A stretch of 64,000 nt of DNA from a virus. The position numbers were made by a program, and so were the translations under genes. Positions 1 to 8,423 of this stretch are shown in pieces. The notes below the pieces were generated by a model that did no database searches, was not told the origin of the DNA, and worked only from the letters and a program-made list of their open reading frames with translations. The first letter of the stretch is position 1. The number at the start of each line of letters is the position of its first letter. The DNA lies in IMG/VR virus record IMGVR_UViG_3300047483_000174, positions 49,051 to 113,050 of that record; one strand, written 5' to 3'.

Positions 1-196
1 TTTTCCGAACATACACGTTCACTGGAAGATTGTCATCCTCAATGAAAAGTGTCATCAAAATGTCATCGCGAAGTTCTGGATCGAATGCGTCCAGCATCGC
101 AAAAACTTTGTCTTGTCCCAAACTTCCCAATTCGGACTCAATGGACCGAATGAAGTTGATGGCGGTGTGAATCACATTTTCAGAGAACTTCGGCAT
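1..196 (-). CDS. Hypothetical protein, 3'-truncated at window edge (MPKFSENVIHTAINFIRSIESELG...)
   Basis: Manual translation: ATG at 196 with AAGGA upstream, open to position 1; overlaps the stop of the 180..560 ORF. Confidence 0.7.
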   Translation of the reverse strand, partial: MPKFSENVIHTAINFIRSIESELGSLGQDKVFAMLDAFDPELRDDILMTLFIEDDNLPVNVYVRK

Positions 197-560
197 TTAC
201 AATCAATCCTTCTTCTACAATACGTTTTGCTTCTTTGATTTGTTTCAGAGCTTCAACAATAGGGTAGTAATACATCGGAAACTCTTTTTTGCGAGACTCA
301 TAATGAGCCATCATTTTTTCTCGTTCAGCGATAATCGTGTCAAAATCTTCACTCCAAGCAGAAACCATAGTTTCATAAAAACCATCTTTCACACCGAGTC
401 CAAGACTTTCGGCTTGTTCTTTGATGCAACGCTGAATGTATAGCGGGTGGGTGTGAGGATGAACTTCAACCTTGGTGACGAAGTAAGTAATGTCTTTGCC
501 GCTATTGACTGCGCCACGTTCAGCTTTCAGGAGATAGGTCCAAGTCGTCATGTTCATCAT
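180..560 (-). CDS. Hypothetical early protein
   Basis: 126-aa ORF directly downstream of a sigma70-type promoter (607-579) with GAGGA RBS; no family recognised. Confidence 0.75.
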   Translation of the reverse strand: MMNMTTWTYLLKAERGAVNSGKDITYFVTKVEVHPHTHPLYIQRCIKEQAESLGLGVKDGFYETMVSAWSEDFDTIIAEREKMMAHYESRKKEFPMYYYPIVEALKQIKEAKRIVEEGLIVNAEVL

Positions 561-578
561 CCTCTTGATTACAGAATG

Positions 579-607
579 ACTATATAACGATTCGTTTCTC
601 TTGTCAA
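579..607 (-). promoter_or_regulatory. Sigma70-type early promoter TTGACA-N17-TATAGT
   Basis: TTGACA 607-602, 17-nt spacer, TATAGT 584-579 on the minus strand. Confidence 0.8.
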
Positions 608-608
608 C

Positions 609-634
609 AAAAAAGACCCCGAAGGGTCTTTTTA
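609..634 (-). terminator. Intrinsic terminator, GACCC-UUCG-GGGUC then U-tract
   Basis: Perfect stem with cUUCGg loop and A/T tracts on both sides, right after the stop of the GIY-YIG ORF. Confidence 0.9.
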
Positions 635-1687
635 TGTTTTATACCTACAGTTATCATTATGCCATCGCGCAATACTCGACTTATTACTAACATGGCCACA
701 TACGGTGCAAGTATGCTTTTCGGATTGCCGTGCACGATACTCTGGGTCTTCCCATAGCTTCTTAAATTGATTTTTTGACCTTTCGGATTGCAGTGCTCGG
801 TATTCTGGGTCTTCCCATCGCTTCTTGGCTTTCTGTCTAGACTTTTCGGATTGCTTTGCACGATACTCTGGGTCTTTCCATTGCTGTCTACACTTTTCGG
901 ATTGTTGTGCTCGGTATTCTGGGTCTTTCCACTGATTTTTTGACCTTTCGGATTGCTGTGCTCGGTATTGTGGGTCTTCCCATAGCTTCTTAAATTGATT
1001 TTTTGACCTTTCGGATTGCTGTGCTCGGTATTGTGGGTCTTCCCATTTCTTTTTGACTTGCTGTCTAAACTTTTCGGATTGCTGTGCTCGGTATTGTGGG
1101 TTTTCCCATTGCTTCTTTGTTAAATCGGATTTCATTTCACGATACTCTGGGTCTTTCCATAACTTCTTTACCGATACCGATTGCTTTGCACGAAAATCCG
1201 GGTCGCTCCATTGCTTCTTTGACTTTTCGGATTGCCGTGCACGATACTCTGGGTCTTCCCATAACTTCTTCAATTGCTGTTTCGACCTTTCAGATTTCTG
1301 TGCTCGGTATTCTGGGTCTTCCCATCGCTTCTTCATTTGTTCAGACATCTGCTCAGATTGCATTAAACGATATTCTGGATCGTCCCACATATATGGGTAT
1401 TCGTTAGCGTTCATATTATAATACTGTTGCCATCGTTTTTCTTTACGATTTTTTAGAAGTTTTGTTTCCAACGCAATCATATCGTCATTTGACCCAGTGG
1501 CAATTATTCTTCTGGTCACTCCCCTCGGAATGGCGTTTTTTGTAAAAGATTCAAACACCGTAGAGGAATGCGTATAGTCATCATCTGGATGACCTTTGTG
1601 ATAGCCAAGGTAATACATGTAAGGTTTTGTTCTGGCGTCTTGCCAAAGGTACACGAATGCGGGGTGTTCCATATTATTTTTTCCCAT
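632..1687 (-). CDS. GIY-YIG (Seg-like) homing endonuclease with 12 tandem WxDPxYR repeats and C-terminal Cys/His motif
   Basis: N-terminal VYLW...YYLGYH (GIY-YIG variant) with downstream E and N residues; repeats resembling NUMOD3-type DNA-binding repeats; terminal CTVCG...RWHNDNC. Confidence 0.75.
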   Translation of the reverse strand: MGKNNMEHPAFVYLWQDARTKPYMYYLGYHKGHPDDDYTHSSTVFESFTKNAIPRGVTRRIIATGSNDDMIALETKLLKNRKEKRWQQYYNMNANEYPYMWDDPEYRLMQSEQMSEQMKKRWEDPEYRAQKSERSKQQLKKLWEDPEYRARQSEKSKKQWSDPDFRAKQSVSVKKLWKDPEYREMKSDLTKKQWENPQYRAQQSEKFRQQVKKKWEDPQYRAQQSERSKNQFKKLWEDPQYRAQQSERSKNQWKDPEYRAQQSEKCRQQWKDPEYRAKQSEKSRQKAKKRWEDPEYRALQSERSKNQFKKLWEDPEYRARQSEKHTCTVCGHVSNKSSIARWHNDNCRYKT

Positions 1688-1709
1688 GCTATCTCCTATT
1701 TACAATACA

Positions 1710-1742
1710 AACAAAAATACAACATTTTTCTTATCGTGTCAA
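1710..1742 (-). promoter_or_regulatory. Sigma70-type early promoter TTGACA-N17-TATTTT for the GIY-YIG gene
   Basis: Minus strand reads TTGACAcgataagaaaaatgttgTATTTT, then AGGAG and ATG at 1687. Confidence 0.65.
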
Positions 1743-1743
1743 T

Positions 1744-1770
1744 AAAAAAAGACCCCGAAGGGTCTTTTTA
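1744..1770 (-). terminator. Intrinsic terminator with the same stem-loop as 609-634
   Basis: Same AAAAGACCCCGAAGGGTCTTTTT hairpin following the methyltransferase stop. Confidence 0.9.
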
Positions 1771-2298
1771 TGTTCTGCCATAAAATGCAGTTTCTCCAAT
1801 ATGGTTAGCATCAAACAGATACCATGCCGCATTATCCTTACCGACTGATGTCGATCCTTCTATCCACTTGACGCGACCAACAGAAACAATCTTTTCGCAC
1901 CAGGGCATATATGGAATGCTCTGCATCGTATGCATCCAGTCAGCATCAAACAATAGCCAAGTTGGTTTTATCATCGCAAATCGTTCAATTAGTGGATGAA
2001 GCAACTTTCTATCCCAAGGTGGATTTGTTATGATATAATCAACGGTTTCTGGTATGACTGCCTCTAATGCATCGCCAACCATAATCCAATCTTCCTGCGG
2101 ATCAACGTCACACATAAAAGTAGCAACGCCGCCATTGTTTGTTAGTTTTGCAATATGTTGAATTAGCCTTCCATCTCCAGCACAAGGTTCCGCAAAGGTG
2201 AATGTGTCTGGTAAATGCGTAACCAAAGGTTCTATCGCTTTCAATGGAGTTTGATAATAATCCCTTTCGTTTCTTACAAAATCTGATCGTTTTCCCAT
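1768..2298 (-). CDS. Orphan DNA N6-adenine (or N4-cytosine) methyltransferase; likely start MGKRSDF at 2298
   Basis: Motif I EPCAGDG, motif IV ITNPPW, N-terminal DYYQTP; GGAG RBS 6 nt before ATG 2298 (ORF track start 2349 overlaps the HNH gene too deeply). Confidence 0.8.
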   Translation of the reverse strand: MGKRSDFVRNERDYYQTPLKAIEPLVTHLPDTFTFAEPCAGDGRLIQHIAKLTNNGGVATFMCDVDPQEDWIMVGDALEAVIPETVDYIITNPPWDRKLLHPLIERFAMIKPTWLLFDADWMHTMQSIPYMPWCEKIVSVGRVKWIEGSTSVGKDNAAWYLFDANHIGETAFYGRT

Positions 2299-2876
2299 AA
2301 TACACTCCATCCGTTCGCAGTCTTTTGCGTTTTGTTTATTATTGTCCAAATACGTTTATGATTTAATCCGTATTTGAGGCATAGTTCATTTCTCGAACAT
2401 ATTTCTATTCCATATTTATCATGAACAAACGTATAAATCTTAGTATCGTGATTTCGTTTTGCAGATTTATTCCAATTTTTACTCATCTTTGATCTTACAT
2501 CAGTAGTATGATTTTTTCCATAGTATGGATTATTCGCTCCAAGATTTATTTCTTTCTTATGGGTTGCCATTTGTATTCTTGATATTTCGTATGTTCTTGA
2601 AAACATTGGGCGTTTACCATCGTGTCCTACATGCATAAGGAAAAAAGCAGACCACATTTTTCCTTTATCATTTTTGTTTTCTACCATTTTGGTCAATAGA
2701 TGATGAGCAACAAAGTGCTCTTTGGCGGTAAGCAACACTATATTTTCATAATCAGTTCCGCCAAGGCTCTTTGGAATTATGTGGTGTTTTTCCATATATA
2801 TTTCTACATTATTTCTGTTCTTGGCATTCTCAATTAATTTAAAATACCACTTAGTATATTTATTATCAATAAACAT
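2274..2876 (-). CDS. HNH homing endonuclease (Mob-like) with NUMOD3-type motif
   Basis: EKHHIIPKSLGG-ENIVLLTAKEHFVAHHLL HNH core; NPYYGKNHT motif; AAGGAG RBS and TACTAAATA late-type promoter upstream. Confidence 0.85.
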   Translation of the reverse strand: MFIDNKYTKWYFKLIENAKNRNNVEIYMEKHHIIPKSLGGTDYENIVLLTAKEHFVAHHLLTKMVENKNDKGKMWSAFFLMHVGHDGKRPMFSRTYEISRIQMATHKKEINLGANNPYYGKNHTTDVRSKMSKNWNKSAKRNHDTKIYTFVHDKYGIEICSRNELCLKYGLNHKRIWTIINKTQKTANGWSVLWENDQIL

Positions 2877-2898
2877 ATAAATCTCCTTACATGTCTAT

Positions 2899-2955
2899 TT
2901 AGTATAAATCTCGGACAATCGGGTAATAATCACGGAAATCACTTCTTTTTCCCAT
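2899..2955 (-). pseudogene. Remnant 5' end of the methyltransferase (mini-ORF MGKRSDFRDYYPIVRDLY*)
   Basis: Manual translation; first 7 residues identical to the MTase start (MGKRSDF) followed by RDYY; has its own AAGGA RBS. Confidence 0.7.
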
Positions 2956-2995
2956 TAGAAATCCTTCTAAGTTATACTAAGTGATTTTATTTATG

Positions 2996-3027
2996 AAAAA
3001 ATCTGGACCACTTTCGCAGTCCAGATT
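2996..3027 (-). terminator. Intrinsic terminator after nrdB
   Basis: AATCTGGAC/GTCCAGATT stem followed by a U-tract on the minus strand. Confidence 0.8.
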
Positions 3028-3053
3028 CCAATCTACCTTCAGTTTTTACATAA

Positions 3054-4184
3054 TTACAAGGAGAAACCGCTGAAGGTATTTTTATCTACGTCTTGCTTTA
3101 CTGCACCGATAGTGTAAGAACTTAGTTCAACTTCTTGTGGTGCAACCTGAACTTCTGCCCCCGCAATCCACTTTTGTGTCCAAGGTAGTGGGTTTGACTG
3201 AGAAACAGTGTATGGGCATTTTAGGTTTACCGCTTGCATACGCTTACATGCGATCCACTCAATGTAGTCGTTCAATAGCTTGACGTTTAGACCGATCATT
3301 GAACCATCTTTAAATAGGTATTCTGCCCACTTCTTTTCTTGTTCAACCGCATCGACAAACATATGAATGCATTCTTCTTCAACTTCTTGTGCGATCTTGA
3401 TGTAATCTGGATCGTCCTTTGGTAGAAGTTTTAGTAGAGTCTGAGTTGATGCAAGGTGTAGGTTTTCATCACGAGCAATTAGCTTGATGATCTTTGCATT
3501 GCCTTCCATCTTCTTGAGTTCTGCAAATGCCCAAGAACAAGCGAATGAAACATAGAAGCGAACACCTTCCAAAATGTTTACACTCATAAGTGTTTTGTAA
3601 AGAGATTTTTTAATCTCATATGGATCAATCACAATTTCTTTGCCGTTTACGGTATGTGTTCCAGCACCCAATAGATTGAAATATGCAGATTGTTCAATCA
3701 ACTCATCATAGTTACGAGAAATATCATCTGCGCAATCCATGATTTCCTGAATGTCCATCATTTCATCAAACACCTTTGATGGGTCTGCATAGATATTACG
3801 AATGATATGAGTATATGAACGTGAGTGAATAGTTTCGGAGAAGGTCCAAGTTTGAATCCATGCTTCCAATTCTGGAATGGAAACAAGTGGACCAAATGCT
3901 TCAACTGGAGCACGTCCCTGAACAGAGTCAAGCAAAATCTGACGCTTTAGGTTGGACGTAAAGATGTGCTTCTCGTGGTCGGTGAGTTGCTTGAAATCGT
4001 TTGCATCTTTGATTACGTCAATTTCTTCTGGACGCCAGAAGAAACCAAGCTGCTTATCAGTGAGTTTGTCAAACTGTTTGTATTTCAGCATATCGTAACG
4101 CTGAATAGTAACCCCACCACTTGGGTCCATAAACGCAAGTGTTTTGGTGTGGTCGGCTTTGTTTTTCGAGTCAAATACTGACAT
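3054..4184 (-). CDS. nrdB: Ribonucleotide reductase class Ia beta subunit
   Basis: FFWRPEEID, QILLDSVQGR, ETIHSRSYTH, LEGVRFYVSF and IARDENLH di-iron ligand motifs. Confidence 0.97.
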   Translation of the reverse strand: MSVFDSKNKADHTKTLAFMDPSGGVTIQRYDMLKYKQFDKLTDKQLGFFWRPEEIDVIKDANDFKQLTDHEKHIFTSNLKRQILLDSVQGRAPVEAFGPLVSIPELEAWIQTWTFSETIHSRSYTHIIRNIYADPSKVFDEMMDIQEIMDCADDISRNYDELIEQSAYFNLLGAGTHTVNGKEIVIDPYEIKKSLYKTLMSVNILEGVRFYVSFACSWAFAELKKMEGNAKIIKLIARDENLHLASTQTLLKLLPKDDPDYIKIAQEVEEECIHMFVDAVEQEKKWAEYLFKDGSMIGLNVKLLNDYIEWIACKRMQAVNLKCPYTVSQSNPLPWTQKWIAGAEVQVAPQEVELSSYTIGAVKQDVDKNTFSGFSL

Positions 4185-4206
4185 TTTTTCTCTCTCTCTT
4201 TTTATT

Positions 4207-6501
4207 TTAAATTACACAACTATCGCAATCTTCTGCCTCTATATCAGACAATTGCTCTTCTTGCATTAGTTTTCCTACGTCAACTTCGCCTTGGCCATCG
4301 TAAGTATTGAAGTAGTATAGCTGCTTTCCGCCATACTTATAGAACATGAGTAGATGCTGTAGCATCACCGACATTGGTATTTTTTCATCTTCAAAGTAAA
4401 CGGGGTTGTATGATGTGTTTACGGAAATACCTTGGTCAATATATTTCTGCAAAACTGCACAAATCTTCAAATAACCTTCTGGTGATTTCTGATCCCATAG
4501 AAGTTCATACTTATTCTTTAGTTTATGAATACCTGGAACAACTTGCTTCAATACCCCATGCTTTGACTGCTTTACAGAAACAAGTGAACGTGGCGGCTCA
4601 ATTCCATTCGTTGAGTTTGAAATTTGTGCCGATGTTTCTGCTGGCATAAGTGCCATAAGGGTTGAATTGCGAATACCGTAAGTTTTCAAATCTTCGCGGA
4701 GTGATACCCAATCCATACGCTCTTGATATGGAACAAGTTCGTCAACCTCTATCTTGCGGGTATCCATTGGAACGATACCAAGACCGTAGCGAGTTTCGTT
4801 GGTGCCTTCACATGGTCCTTGTTCTTTTGCCAGTTCAACAGACGCCTTGATTAGATAGTATGACCATGCTTCTGCCCACTCGTCAACCATTTCCAAGTTT
4901 GGGTTGCTGTAAGTCATATCATTCTTCGCCATCCAATATGCAAAGTTGATAATACCAACACCAATTGGGCGGCGCTTCATAGTAGAAAGCTGTGCCGCAA
5001 GGACTGGATAATTCTGGTAAGATAGCAATGCGTCAATGCCGCGAACCGCCAAACGACAAATACGTTCAAAATCGGAAAGAGTTTTGATTACGCCCCAATT
5101 TACCGCAGACAATGTGCAAAGTGAAATTTCACCATTTGGATCATTGAAGTCCGTCAATGGCTTTGTTGGTAGGTCAATCTCTTGGCAAAGGTTACTTTGA
5201 CGAATTGGTGCAACTTCTGGCAAGAATGAACCATGAGAGTTTACATGGTCTACGTTTTGTAGATAGATGCGACCAGTATTTTTACGTTCGTTCATAAACG
5301 AAGAAAACAGTTCAATTGCTGGAACTACTTTCTTACGTATCTTGTTTGAACGCTCTGCCTTTTCATATAGTTCTTTGAACTTATCTTGGTCAGCAAAGAA
5401 CGCTTCATACAACCCAGGAACATCACTCGGAGAGAATAAAGTAATATTTCCTCCAGTCAATAGGCGCTCATACATCAACTTGTTGAACTGAACACTGTAG
5501 TCAAGGTGACGAACTCGGTTTTCTTCGGTTCCTTTGTTGTTCTTGAGAACTAATAGGTCTTCAACTTCCAAATGCCAAATTGGATAGTGTAGTGTTGCAG
5601 CACCGCCTCTTACCCCACCTTGTGAGCAAGATTTGACCGCAGCTTGAAATAGTTTATAGAATGGAATGACACCAGTATGTGATGCATCGCCATTGCGAAT
5701 TGGAGAGTTGATTGCACGAATACTACCAGCGCCAATACCAATGCCAGCCTTTTGTGAAACATACTTCACCACTGCACTGGATGTGGCATTGATTGAATCC
5801 AAAGAGTCATCCGTTTCAATAACAACACAAGAACTGAATTGACGCTGTGGAGTTCTGACCCCCGCCATGATTGGGGTTGGAAGAGAAATTTCAAATAGAC
5901 TGATTGAGTCGTAGTAATCTTTTACCCACTTTAGACGCTCACTCTGTTCATATTCGCTGAACAGAGTTGCAGCGATAAGAATGTATGCGACCTGTGGGGT
6001 TTCAAATAGTTGTTTGGTGACTCGGTTTTGGACTAGATATTTGCCACGAAACTGTTCCATTCCGACATATGAAATGGTAAAGTCACGGTCATGCTTGATG
6101 AAGCCGTTGATTTTTTCCCATTCTTCTTCTGTGTAGGAAGTAAGCAATGCTGGATCATAGAAGCCTTTTTCTACGTTTCGTTTTACAATGTCTAGGATAT
6201 GCCAAGGAGTAAAATCGCCATACACTTCTTTGCGAATGTGATAGTTGATTAGGTTTCCTGCCACCCATTGATAATTTGGGGTGTCTTCTGTAATCAAGTC
6301 TGCGGCAGACTTGATTAGTGTTTCTTGAATTTCAGAACTTGAAATTCCATTAAAGAATTGAATGTGTGATTTGATTTCTACTTCACTTGGTGATACGCCA
6401 TTGATGCCTTCGCAAGCGGCGAATACAACTCGGTGCATCTTTTCAAGATCAATAGGTTCTTTACGTCCGTCTCTTTTTGTTATTAATATATTGCTCATCA
6501 T
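4207..6501 (-). CDS. nrdA: Ribonucleotide reductase class Ia alpha subunit with N-terminal ATP cone
   Basis: ITKRDG ATP cone, RQFSSC, QSNLCQEI, CTLSA, C-terminal CDSC. Confidence 0.97.
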   Translation of the reverse strand: MMSNILITKRDGRKEPIDLEKMHRVVFAACEGINGVSPSEVEIKSHIQFFNGISSSEIQETLIKSAADLITEDTPNYQWVAGNLINYHIRKEVYGDFTPWHILDIVKRNVEKGFYDPALLTSYTEEEWEKINGFIKHDRDFTISYVGMEQFRGKYLVQNRVTKQLFETPQVAYILIAATLFSEYEQSERLKWVKDYYDSISLFEISLPTPIMAGVRTPQRQFSSCVVIETDDSLDSINATSSAVVKYVSQKAGIGIGAGSIRAINSPIRNGDASHTGVIPFYKLFQAAVKSCSQGGVRGGAATLHYPIWHLEVEDLLVLKNNKGTEENRVRHLDYSVQFNKLMYERLLTGGNITLFSPSDVPGLYEAFFADQDKFKELYEKAERSNKIRKKVVPAIELFSSFMNERKNTGRIYLQNVDHVNSHGSFLPEVAPIRQSNLCQEIDLPTKPLTDFNDPNGEISLCTLSAVNWGVIKTLSDFERICRLAVRGIDALLSYQNYPVLAAQLSTMKRRPIGVGIINFAYWMAKNDMTYSNPNLEMVDEWAEAWSYYLIKASVELAKEQGPCEGTNETRYGLGIVPMDTRKIEVDELVPYQERMDWVSLREDLKTYGIRNSTLMALMPAETSAQISNSTNGIEPPRSLVSVKQSKHGVLKQVVPGIHKLKNKYELLWDQKSPEGYLKICAVLQKYIDQGISVNTSYNPVYFEDEKIPMSVMLQHLLMFYKYGGKQLYYFNTYDGQGEVDVGKLMQEEQLSDIEAEDCDSCVI

Positions 6502-6552
6502 GTTCCTTTACTCCGAAAAAACAGTAAGATATTTAGACTCAATTTTGAGATT

Positions 6553-7029
6553 TTAATATCTGTTGTTTATTTCGGCATCTTCCATACCAGCGACTCGCAA
6601 TTTGACGATGTTGGTAAGTTGATAATGTTTAATTTCGAAAGATTTGGTTATACCTAGATATTGATTTCTAACGTATGCAATTTGGTTTGCAACTTCGCTG
6701 ATGGCGACTACCTCGTCTTCGCCATCAGCATACTTTTCTGCATCCCTACTACTCAAAACTTTATTGTAGTTTTCTAGATATTTTCTAAAATACTCACTAC
6801 GTTTCTTTCGTAGTTGTATGTTGATATGTTCCAAAATGGCTTCAATCTCTTGTAGCTGTGCGAACCTAATTTCAACATATGCTGGTAGTTGCGTTGCGTT
6901 TTTTTCTACGTTACCGAAGATTTTGACTTCTTTTCGGGCTTCAATAAGTTCCTTCTCAAAGTGTTCTAAGCAATCTGGTATTTTAGACCAGTCCTTTGCC
7001 ACTTCACTGAACCAATTCATTCGTCCCAA
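6553..7029 (-). CDS. uvsY: UvsY-like recombination mediator
   Basis: Helical protein with YLENYNKVLSSRDAEKYADGE motif typical of UvsY; lies downstream of uvsX. Confidence 0.8.
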   Translation of the reverse strand: MGRMNWFSEVAKDWSKIPDCLEHFEKELIEARKEVKIFGNVEKNATQLPAYVEIRFAQLQEIEAILEHINIQLRKKRSEYFRKYLENYNKVLSSRDAEKYADGEDEVVAISEVANQIAYVRNQYLGITKSFEIKHYQLTNIVKLRVAGMEDAEINNRY

Positions 7030-7247
7030 TCTTCTTCCTCATCTTCTGCTTCTGCGAAATGCCGTGTATGGGCAGTTTCCAAAACTTTATTATCATCAAT
7101 CATATCATAGAACTCTTCCTCTGTAAAGCCTAATTCATCACAAAGACGAACTAATGCTTCCGCAGCGGTAAGACGTTCTTTCGCTGGAATGTATGATGAA
7201 AGTGTTGCCCAGATATCTGCAACATCAATTGGACCAATAGATGCCAT
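7017..7247 (-). CDS. Small acidic hypothetical protein
   Basis: 76-aa ORF with GGAG RBS filling the gap between uvsX and uvsY. Confidence 0.7.
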   Translation of the reverse strand: MASIGPIDVADIWATLSSYIPAKERLTAAEALVRLCDELGFTEEEFYDMIDDNKVLETAHTRHFAEAEDEEEDWDE

Positions 7248-7259
7248 TTTATTTACTCC

Positions 7260-8342
7260 TTAGTCTTGTTGTGGGTCTTCGGTTGGAGGCTCAAGTTCAT
7301 TTTCTTCTGCGTCAATGTTCTTGTTATTCCATTCTTTCATGATTATGTCAAGTTTTTCGTCAGTCCAGTTCTTACGGAACTCTGAAATTACTTCGCCCGT
7401 TGAATTTGAAGTATATGCTAGTTTGTTACCAACTTTCTTTAGAAGACCTTTTGCTTCAAAGAAATCCAACAGTCCAGAGTATGGAGACATACCAGTGTCA
7501 TATGGAATCTTTACTTGCACACCTTCAAATGGTTTAGCATATCGGGTTTTCATGACCTTACATGATGAACGAATGCCACGAACCTCGGAAATCTTGTTGC
7601 CATCTTCGTCTTCTTTTAGCTTTAGCTTGCGCATGGCGATAACGATAGAAGATGCATAGATGAACCCTTGACCGCCAGAGATTTTGTCGTCTGGATCGAA
7701 CATATCTTGTGATGCATAGGTATGGTTTGTTGCAATCATACCAATGTTATATTCACCAAACATGTTCACTGAGTTTCGGACCAATGCTGCCAACGCCTTT
7801 GGCTTACGACCCATGTCGCCCTTCATATCCCCCTTGTTGAACTGGTCAACGTCAGTTGGAGTTAGAAGCATACCAAGAGAGTCAATAACAAACAATACCT
7901 TTGGGCGTTCTTCGTCTGGTTTGTCTGCGTATTCAGCTTTGTAATCTTTCATAAAGTCAGAAATGATTTTAGCCACATCGTCAATCATTGCTACGTTTAG
8001 TTTTAGTAGTTTTTCTGGTTCGGTGCTTACACCCAACGCATGTAGCCAAGATTCGTCAAGTGCGTTTTCGCTGTCAATAAGAACTACGAAAATACCTTGG
8101 TCTTGAGCATTTTTTACAATGTTGCCCGATGCGATATATGACTTGCCAGCGCCAGATTCGCCAGCAAGCACGGTGACTTTTCCAAGAGGAATACCCTTGT
8201 AAAAATCACCAGAAATTAGTTTGTTCAGACAGTAGTTTCCTGTAGAAATCCATGTATCTGGGTCACGAAAACCAACGCTCATTCCTGGGACTGATTTTGT
8301 GATGCTTTTTCTAAATTTAGATACGTCAAATGCTTTTACCAT
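7260..8342 (-). CDS. uvsX: RecA-like recombinase UvsX; likely start MVKAFD at 8342
   Basis: Walker A GESGAGKS, DSENALD, Walker B FVIDSLG, GGQGFIYASS. Confidence 0.95.
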   Translation of the reverse strand: MVKAFDVSKFRKSITKSVPGMSVGFRDPDTWISTGNYCLNKLISGDFYKGIPLGKVTVLAGESGAGKSYIASGNIVKNAQDQGIFVVLIDSENALDESWLHALGVSTEPEKLLKLNVAMIDDVAKIISDFMKDYKAEYADKPDEERPKVLFVIDSLGMLLTPTDVDQFNKGDMKGDMGRKPKALAALVRNSVNMFGEYNIGMIATNHTYASQDMFDPDDKISGGQGFIYASSIVIAMRKLKLKEDEDGNKISEVRGIRSSCKVMKTRYAKPFEGVQVKIPYDTGMSPYSGLLDFFEAKGLLKKVGNKLAYTSNSTGEVISEFRKNWTDEKLDIIMKEWNNKNIDAEENELEPPTEDPQQD

Positions 8343-8365
8343 GATGGTCCTTTCAAATAAAGAAA

Positions 8366-8404
8366 GGAGCGGCAATATGTGCCGTAGTGTTGGCTTGCCG
8401 CTCC
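8366..8404 (-). terminator. Hairpin/terminator between gp32 and uvsX
   Basis: GGAGCGGCAA/TTGCCGCTCC 10-bp stem followed by a U-rich tract on the minus strand. Confidence 0.6.
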
Positions 8405-8423
8405 AAGTTCAGATACAGTTGTC

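Noticed and set aside
604-1421. ORFs 604..861 (-), 1053..1421 (+) and 1084..1407 (+) overlapping the GIY-YIG gene
   Set aside because: Shadow frames created by the stop-poor tandem repeat; no RBS or promoter support.
2299-2349. ORF-track start of the methyltransferase at 2349
   Set aside because: Would overlap the HNH gene by 76 nt; ATG 2298 has a proper RBS and matches the duplicated MGKRSDF start.
2274-3053. Group I intron housing the HNH gene
   Set aside because: Too little non-coding sequence for a ribozyme core, no P/Q/R/S elements seen, and the downstream gene has its own complete start.
3054-6501. Introns or inteins in nrdA/nrdB (and in the terminase)
   Set aside because: All are continuous and of normal length, with no intein splice-junction motifs.
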